Below, piece by piece: positions 57,857 to 64,000 of a DNA stretch of 64,000 bases. The DNA comes from a virus. The DNA lies in IMG/VR virus record IMGVR_UViG_3300009499_000053. One strand, 5' to 3'. Below the pieces are notes generated by a model. The model ran no database searches, was not told where the DNA came from, and worked only from the letters and a program-made list of their open reading frames with translations. How positions within the stretch are numbered: position 1 is the first letter of the stretch; each line of letters opens with the position of its first letter. The translations under genes and the position numbers were made by a program.

Positions 57857-58020
57857 TGGAAGGAACTGGCTGTTCAGTTGTCAATAGTAAAAAATGGCAC
57901 ATATTTGATTGTCCCTACTGTAGCTTTAAAACAAGGATTTGGGATATTATGCAGGAACATATGAAGACGCACCCTAATCCAATACTAAAGAAACCAGGAT
58001 TTAATCCATCAAGAAGATAG
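57856..58020 (+). CDS. C2H2 zinc-finger protein ending FNPSRR (not in ORF track)
   Basis: MEGTG...CPYC...HMKTH...PGFNPSRR*. Confidence 0.65.
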   Translation: MEGTGCSVVNSKKWHIFDCPYCSFKTRIWDIMQEHMKTHPNPILKKPGFNPSRR

Positions 58021-58022
58021 GT

Positions 58023-58040
58023 CAAAAGCTTTAAAAGGTA
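58023..58040 (+). promoter_or_regulatory. putative archaeal BRE/TATA promoter
   Basis: CAAAAGCTTTAAAAG about 45 nt upstream of ATG 58080; GGAGGT RBS at about 58064. Confidence 0.5.
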
Positions 58041-58079
58041 CATATAGAGTAAATAAATAGAATGGAGGTATAGACTGAC

Positions 58080-58436
58080 ATGTTAGATCCACAAACTGAA
58101 ATGATCTTACTTGGAGTAGGTAAGGGTGTTGTATACGGTATCTTTGCCGGAGGTATTGGATACATTAAGAAAGAGACGTGGCAAACGTTTGACCCTTATA
58201 AGTTCCTAAGAACAATGATAATCGGTGGAGTTGTTGGTGGCATTAGTGGCACTGGCTATTCACTGGCTACAGCTTCTGCTTTGATAGGTAGTGAGTTCGG
58301 AGTTCCAGCCCTAGGGGTTGAGACATTCCTTATGACTTCAATAGTAGCTATCGCTGATAACATAGTAAAGGTTATCTCTCGCAGAACAGAACTAGGAAAA
58401 CTCTACACAAAGATCAAGGAATTCTTCGGCAAGTAA
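58080..58436 (+). CDS. small multi-TM membrane protein (holin-like candidate)
   Basis: Gly-rich hydrophobic segments; own promoter-like and terminator-like signals. Confidence 0.55.
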   Translation: MLDPQTEMILLGVGKGVVYGIFAGGIGYIKKETWQTFDPYKFLRTMIIGGVVGGISGTGYSLATASALIGSEFGVPALGVETFLMTSIVAIADNIVKVISRRTELGKLYTKIKEFFGK

Positions 58437-58444
58437 GTAAACTG

Positions 58445-58473
58445 GGTTGCCTCTCGGCAGCCGTTCTTTTTTC
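58445..58473 (+). terminator. hairpin plus T-tract terminator at the convergence of the two arms
   Basis: GGTTGCC-TCTC-GGCAGCC followed by TTCTTTTTT. Confidence 0.6.
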
Positions 58474-58756
58474 TAAACTCCCTTTTTATGTTTATTATGT
58501 ATTATCATTTTTTCCTGTTAGAATAGAATGTCTAAGTTTCTTTCTAAGAAATTCTATTCATAACAAAATAGGGTTGGAAAAGGTAACCAAACACAACCCC
58601 CAGACTACACAGATCCTGCCCAGTACGGGAAGTATTCTGTACTCTCTTACCTTCACTCAGTAGTTTCCTACCTCGGAAGGGGCAGATTGCTCTAAAAAAC
58701 GAATTACTATACAGGTTGGTAAAGACACTAATTGGTTCTATTCTCACTTAGTTCCC

Positions 58757-59071
58757 TCAAGGAATTGGAAGACCTAAGATATACTTAACTGCCATTATTA
58801 CACCAAACGTTACAACTGGTGACAGAACAAAACTTACTACCTTCCAGTAGAGGGAGATCCTATCATAACGGGCCTTAGCTTCTATGTAGAGTTTCTCTAC
58901 TCCACCAACTCTATCCCTAAGAGTACCCATTTCATCATTGATTATTGTGATGTGTTCCTTTATCTCTTTAAGGTCCATGCTACTATGTTTGAATCCCTGA
59001 AGAACCTTCTCTTCAATCCTAGTTAGTTTTACTAAGACCTTAACGAGTTCTGACTTATCGTTCTTGTCCAT
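58757..59071 (-). CDS. coiled-coil protein with C-terminal TM (XhlA/holin-like architecture)
   Basis: Heptad-rich region followed by a hydrophobic helix. Confidence 0.55.
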   Translation of the reverse strand: MDKNDKSELVKVLVKLTRIEEKVLQGFKHSSMDLKEIKEHITIINDEMGTLRDRVGGVEKLYIEAKARYDRISLYWKVVSFVLSPVVTFGVIMAVKYILGLPIP

Positions 59072-59107
59072 TTAATAGACCTCACTCATATTATACCATT
59101 CTACATT

Positions 59108-59120
59108 CTTAAACTTTTCT
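59108..59120 (-). promoter_or_regulatory. putative archaeal BRE/TATA promoter
   Basis: Reverse strand AGAAAAGTTTAAG about 40 nt upstream of ATG 59071, with GAGGT RBS. Confidence 0.45.
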
Positions 59121-59227
59121 CTATTAGTCTGACTCTACCCCTGGGTCTTCAGGCTTACGCTTGAACTTCTGCATAAGTCTCTCGATTCTTTTACTGAGGG
59201 CTTTGTCTATCTTACTCATTCTTCCCA

Positions 59228-59809
59228 TTATTCTTCAACTCCTCTTAGGTGTCTAGCTCTGAAGGGTAGGGTTCCTAATCTAAGTCCTTTACTTGCTAGA
59301 CGTGTCCACATATGGTAGTGTTCACTGTAAGGTACCTCTAGCTGAGTATACTTACCAGGGGCTATCCAGACGATGTCTAACTTAAGTTTAATAGGATTAT
59401 AGTCATACAGTTCCCTAAGCAGTTCAGTTCTCCAGATAGATATACCATATTCCAGGGCACCAATAGAACCTATATCCTTGTAGAATATAGAAACAGCTCC
59501 CATATCCTTATTCTTCTTAAGGAGTGCAAGAGCTCTAACAATGTATCTCTTTGGGATAATAACATCTGAATCTAGGTTAAGAACAAAGGGAGTTTCTACT
59601 TTAGAGTAAGCAAGGGAACGTGCTTTAGCCATTGTACAGTTCTTAGTTATGTAGACTGTAGCTAACTCCTTAAGGTCTCCTCCACCATTAGAATCAACAA
59701 CTATCACAGGATACTTTTTCAGGTATCTCCTATTCTTCTTCATGAACTCTCCTAGAAACTTAGGATCTTTTACTGGTATTACTATAGTTAATTTCTTCAA
59801 TTGTTTCAC
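59228..59809 (-). CDS. GT2 glycosyltransferase
   Basis: IVIPV, VVD, AR...LNLDSD. Confidence 0.75.
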   Translation of the reverse strand: MKQLKKLTIVIPVKDPKFLGEFMKKNRRYLKKYPVIVVDSNGGGDLKELATVYITKNCTMAKARSLAYSKVETPFVLNLDSDVIIPKRYIVRALALLKKNKDMGAVSIFYKDIGSIGALEYGISIWRTELLRELYDYNPIKLKLDIVWIAPGKYTQLEVPYSEHYHMWTRLASKGLRLGTLPFRARHLRGVEE

Positions 59810-59812
59810 TTC

Positions 59813-62800
59813 CTATATTGCTACTTTCTTTCCTACTAGACAGATATCATCTACATACATTTGATTGACTTTATAACTCATTTCCACCTTAACCTCGGTT
59901 ATAATCTTTCCAGCAGTTAGGTAGGGAGTAAGGTCTACCTCTAAGTAACTACCATTACCACCTGATAGGTTAGTAATCTCTGTTGTAGTACTATCTGAGT
60001 AGGTAATAGTTACATCTACCTTATCTATCCAAGGACAGGATCCGGAATACAACCAGATACTAAATGTAACAATGTCATCTACTGGGGCATTAACTCCTGT
60101 CTGTTCTATGTATTCTCCAACTGTATCAAACATGGCCTTAAATGTACCACTATGGGTACTGCCAGTACTTATCGTTGGAGGTAGAGTAGAGGACCATCCA
60201 CTTAGACCACCTGACTCGAAACCACAGTTCTGGATACATGCAGTAACAGCTTCAAGTTGTTCAAAGGTCATCTCACACGCAGTTCCTTCCTCATCCTCAT
60301 ACTTAAGGGTTAGTTCTTTTAACTGGTAGTAGTACATCTCATCATCTGTTTCAGGTATTCCTATGACAAACTGATCTCCAGGGTTCCAATTCTCTATACC
60401 ATCAAGAAGTCCCTTAGCCCTTCTTAGGTGGTAAAGTGGATCCTTATACCTGTTAATTATCTCCAGTGCCCACCTACTAGCTGCAGTATCAGAGAATATA
60501 GAATCATCAAAGATTTCCTTGAACCAGATACCATGACCACTTGGAGGATCTGCCATGGAAGCAGGATCACTACTTCTCCCAAACCACTTACCACTGTCTA
60601 GGTGAATCCAGTCTACTAGGAGACGAGCCCACTCGGAACTATCTCCTCTCCAGGTTACTTGTGTACTTATATTGAACTTAACTACATTACTCCAGTCAAA
60701 GTTAGCCCCTGACTTCTCCCATTTACCCTCTATCTCAGAGTCAGGTCCTACTGGGATTCTTACCTCAACTAGGTTCTCTGGGATCACTTGTTCAGACTTA
60801 ACGTATTCTATTCTTCTATCCTTGCTATAGGTTCCTCCACCAGCAGCAGTCTTGTACTGGTATCTTACCTCTAACTGCTCACCTAGGTCACCAGTAATAT
60901 GGACTGAAGGTTCATAGGTCTTCTCTGCAGTTGTTCCATAGTAGGCCTCAGCATAGAGGTTTCTAATACAACATTGATTTCCTGAGATTCCTTTTCCTTG
61001 ACCTTGGACAACTAAGGAATGCCCAGGATCCCCTTGATTAGAGACTGTAGTGGACTCTAGTATCCAGACCCTTCCTGTGTGTCCCCATCCACCAAGGTAA
61101 GTCGTATCACCATTGAACGTTCTTCTAAACCTCATCCATGCTGTTGATACTCCCGAACTCCACCACTCAGCCCTTACGTAAGTAAGTCTAACCCTGGTAT
61201 AGACATCTGGGGCATCAAATCCTAGACAGTTTACAAGATCTGTATATGTGAGAGCTGTAGTGCAACCAGGACCAGAACCAGTACAGGTATGTAGAACCTC
61301 TATAGGATCTGTTGTTATATCATCCCCAGTAGCATCAGGATCTACAGTTGTCCAATCACCAGAACCACCGAATCTATACTGTATCCTTGAGTATCCATCG
61401 ATTCCAAACCATGTATTCCTAAATATATCCTTTACATTGGTTAGGGTAATTCTCTCTGTACCAGCACAGGCTACATCAATTGTACAATGACTAACGTAGG
61501 ACTCAGAGGCAGTTGAGTGTGTAGAAGCATCTAGGGCCCAGGAACCCTCAGTAGGAGCTTCATACGTCTTAAGAAGATCATACATCTGTTCAGCAGGATA
61601 AGTTACTAAGTCTCCGGAGGAATCCTCTAGGGTAAATATAACCTCCAACTTTGGGAAAGAGGTTAACTCTGCTCCAGATATAATCCTAGCAGAGAATACT
61701 AACTCCTTAAAGGCATTCTTGGGAGTTAAGTCAACTGTACTTGGGAAGGTAAACTCTAGGTTAAGATCAATTGGTTGTGTCCCTAGGGAGTCATTAGCTA
61801 TTGAACGAGTCCCAGCTCTTACAGCAAGTGTACTTAGGAACAGAGCTCCCTGTGCAGTGGCCCAATATGTTAGTTTATCAGACCAAGGATCAGGATTATT
61901 TGCTGTTGGAACTGGACTTATCTTATTCTGATGACCATAGACATCAACTGTATTTACCAGATTGTCCTCTGTGACCTCATAGTTATAGTCCCAGAAATCA
62001 TCTATTCCAAAGGTATCCTTGACTGGTGTACCTGTTCTAGGGAAGAACTGTAGACGTTTATTCTGATCAACATAGAACTCAGACTGAGTAATAAAGGCTA
62101 ACTTTCCTAGACAGTCAAGTAGGGACTCTCCCACAAAGTCAACTGTTCTGGTCTTATTAGAGTTAGTTACCTGACTTAGGTTAATAGCACGTTCATTAGG
62201 ATATGGGGGATCATGAGCAGTATCTATCTCAGCTAGGACTGAGTTTATGATTGAGTTAATGTTAGTTACTGTAGCAAAGGAAGAAGTAATCTTAGTCTCT
62301 AGAAGAAGCTTACCATAATCTAGGATTGAAAGTCTCAATTTCTGTTCAGCATTTTCCTCTTCCCAGAATCGTTCTACTGAGTCTACTTCCCCTGTAAAGA
62401 CAAGCTTCTCAAGACCAGAGTTCTCTGAACCATAGTAGATCCTAACCTCATCTCCCTCTCTAAAGTCATGAACATCAGAATTATCAAGAAGAACCTCTCC
62501 ACTACCAACTTCATCAGTTAAGGACTTAGTAAACTCCCAGTTCTCTATATCTCCCTGGTCTAGTCCCAGTGTTGCTCCATTTCTCCAGATCTCTATCCTA
62601 AAGGTCTCATGTAGTTCCTGTTTATATTTACTGCACTGATCAACTAGGCTAAGATTCTCTGATAGATTCTTACCCACCTTGAGTATCTTCTCATCCTCTA
62701 GAAATAACCATTCAGAAGTAAAGGACTTTACCCCAGGCTCCTTTTTCTGTGTATCAGATACAGTAAAAGTCTCTTCAAGCTCAAGCTTAGTTTCCTTAGA

Positions 62801-62854
62801 TATCTCATCTGAAACAGTTAAGGTCTCAGTCAGATTAATTGTATTATCAGCCAA
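59813..62854 (-). CDS. tail/baseplate hub-like structural protein with C-terminal carbohydrate-binding-like domain
   Basis: VFTGEVDSV, FYVDQNKRLQFF hub-like motifs; NCGFESG...W; position after tape-measure-like and distal-tail-like genes. Confidence 0.6.
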   Translation of the reverse strand: MADNTINLTETLTVSDEISKETKLELEETFTVSDTQKKEPGVKSFTSEWLFLEDEKILKVGKNLSENLSLVDQCSKYKQELHETFRIEIWRNGATLGLDQGDIENWEFTKSLTDEVGSGEVLLDNSDVHDFREGDEVRIYYGSENSGLEKLVFTGEVDSVERFWEEENAEQKLRLSILDYGKLLLETKITSSFATVTNINSIINSVLAEIDTAHDPPYPNERAINLSQVTNSNKTRTVDFVGESLLDCLGKLAFITQSEFYVDQNKRLQFFPRTGTPVKDTFGIDDFWDYNYEVTEDNLVNTVDVYGHQNKISPVPTANNPDPWSDKLTYWATAQGALFLSTLAVRAGTRSIANDSLGTQPIDLNLEFTFPSTVDLTPKNAFKELVFSARIISGAELTSFPKLEVIFTLEDSSGDLVTYPAEQMYDLLKTYEAPTEGSWALDASTHSTASESYVSHCTIDVACAGTERITLTNVKDIFRNTWFGIDGYSRIQYRFGGSGDWTTVDPDATGDDITTDPIEVLHTCTGSGPGCTTALTYTDLVNCLGFDAPDVYTRVRLTYVRAEWWSSGVSTAWMRFRRTFNGDTTYLGGWGHTGRVWILESTTVSNQGDPGHSLVVQGQGKGISGNQCCIRNLYAEAYYGTTAEKTYEPSVHITGDLGEQLEVRYQYKTAAGGGTYSKDRRIEYVKSEQVIPENLVEVRIPVGPDSEIEGKWEKSGANFDWSNVVKFNISTQVTWRGDSSEWARLLVDWIHLDSGKWFGRSSDPASMADPPSGHGIWFKEIFDDSIFSDTAASRWALEIINRYKDPLYHLRRAKGLLDGIENWNPGDQFVIGIPETDDEMYYYQLKELTLKYEDEEGTACEMTFEQLEAVTACIQNCGFESGGLSGWSSTLPPTISTGSTHSGTFKAMFDTVGEYIEQTGVNAPVDDIVTFSIWLYSGSCPWIDKVDVTITYSDSTTTEITNLSGGNGSYLEVDLTPYLTAGKIITEVKVEMSYKVNQMYVDDICLVGKKVAI

Positions 62855-62868
62855 GGTGCGACTCCCTC

Positions 62869-63351
62869 CTAATGTCTAACAAGGGATACCCTTCGTAGAG
62901 TTAATTGATAGTCAAACCAGTTTGTCTTAGCTTCTTTCTGAGTAAACTTAGCAGACTCAAAGATTAGATAGACAGTCTCATTGTCCTTAGCCTTAGCTTC
63001 TGCAGTCCAATATCTATAGGAAGCTGCACTAGAGTCAGACGTCTGTTCTGAGTGTGGGGTTAACATATCAGAATTCTGAAGAAGAAACAGTGAGTCTCTC
63101 TTAACGTACCATTCTAATTCTCTTCTTTTTTCCTGTCTACAGGATCCAGAGATCTTAAACTGTATCTTCTCGTTATGTCTGAATCTACCCCTCTCTTCTT
63201 TTCTCTTGTAACCAGGTCTTCTAACACGCCATTTCACGCTAACATCCTTGTTAACAGAAGCAGGTGTAGGTTCAAAGATAAAAGTGTTACCTGATAGAAC
63301 ATAGCCTGTGCTTACTCCAGACCAATACTCAACGAGTTGTAAAACAGCCAT
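62869..63351 (-). CDS. putative distal tail protein
   Basis: Size and position between tape-measure-like and hub-like genes; C-terminal YQLTL strand. Confidence 0.4.
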   Translation of the reverse strand: MAVLQLVEYWSGVSTGYVLSGNTFIFEPTPASVNKDVSVKWRVRRPGYKRKEERGRFRHNEKIQFKISGSCRQEKRRELEWYVKRDSLFLLQNSDMLTPHSEQTSDSSAASYRYWTAEAKAKDNETVYLIFESAKFTQKEAKTNWFDYQLTLRRVSLVRH

Positions 63352-63363
63352 TTCTCCTCACTC

Positions 63364-64000
63364 CTAATATTCTGATCTCCTATACTTTTTAGCCATTCTC
63401 TCTGATATCTGGGATACGGAGGCTTCTACCGCTCTCTCTATAATTTCTTCTATACTTGATACCCCTGAGACATCCACTGTTACAGTTAATGGAGGTTCCT
63501 TAGGGATGTACCTACCTCTTCCTCCTTTTCCTAATGCAGCAGTTGTAGCTGCAGGAAGTACAGTTTCCTCAGCATGTACCATAGCAAGTCCTGGAGCTGT
63601 GATTAAACCTCCCTCACCTAATGAAGGTATCTTAGTAATAGCAGCCATTACAGCTCCCTCTCCGCCGAATGCCCTAATTATTCCTAGAGGAACTACCATG
63701 GCCATCAGAGCTGCAGTTAGAGCGAAGATACCAGCTGCAAAGGTAAGTAGTCCTGTCATACCTAAGAATCCTGCAGCACCTGCAGCAGATAATGCTAGGG
63801 CTAGTATTCCTATGGCTCCTGATAGAGCAAGGACTACTGGAAGTGTAGCTATAACTGAAGCTAAGTTTCCTCCAAGTTGTAGTATAGCATCAGAGGCCAT
63901 CTTAGCACCTATACCAGCTAGTAGGAATCCTGTACCTACCATAAGAGCAGCAGCCCCTATCCCTAGTAACAGGGCCACTACCGGCATAGCCATAGCAGCT
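63364..64000 (-). CDS. tape-measure-like protein, C-terminal part (probably runs off the window)
   Basis: Ala/Gly/Leu-rich amphipathic sequence, then IPSLGEGGLI...AMVH.EETVLP. Confidence 0.65.
   Translation of the reverse strand, partial: AAMAMPVVALLLGIGAAALMVGTGFLLAGIGAKMASDAILQLGGNLASVIATLPVVLALSGAIGILALALSAAGAAGFLGMTGLLTFAAGIFALTAALMAMVVPLGIIRAFGGEGAVMAAITKIPSLGEGGLITAPGLAMVHAEETVLPAATTAALGKGGRGRYIPKEPPLTVTVDVSGVSSIEEIIERAVEASVSQISERMAKKYRRSEY

Noticed and set aside
661-58020. NP[S/T] as an N-glycosylation sequon or a 2A-like ribosome-skipping signal
   Set aside because: Pro at the X position blocks N-glycosylation and the carriers look cytoplasmic; 2A requires DxExNPGP, which is absent.
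1-64000. Borg-like element or cellular chromosome
   Set aside because: No perfect tandem nucleotide repeats seen, no housekeeping operons, and tail-like genes are present. Capsid and terminase genes are not in the window, so the viral call remains an inference.
1-64000. tRNA or rRNA genes
   Set aside because: Intergenic gaps are very short and I saw no cloverleaf or T-loop signature; a tRNAscan-SE run would be needed to exclude them.

Overview
This window looks like part of a large tailed archaeal virus (or provirus) genome. The host is probably TACK or Asgard, Bathyarchaeia-like: it encodes ribosomal protein eS30, a short XPF/ERCC4 nuclease, a RadA-like ATPase and PolB, and has BRE/TATA-like promoters. 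Positions 1-58.4 kb are a tightly packed + strand arm containing a MoxR-AAA/HExxH/VWA module, a GHKL ATPase, ClpP, a second AAA+ ATPase, class II RNR and other nucleotide enzymes, a replication/recombination block (DHH, RadA-like, XPF, HNH, PolB) and a ~14.6 kb glycan biosynthesis/modification cluster. A convergent - strand arm (58.5-64 kb) carries tail-like genes. The most striking signal is a short peptide motif, [F/W/Y]-N-P-[S/T]-x-R (e.g. FNPSER*). By hand I count 40 in-frame N-P-[S/T]-x-R copies in 38 otherwise unrelated small ORFs, many with Zn-finger motifs. Most copies sit at or near the C-terminus, and none is in the large enzymes. Free synonymous codon use shows the conservation is at the protein level. 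All functional calls come from motif recognition by eye; no database search was run.
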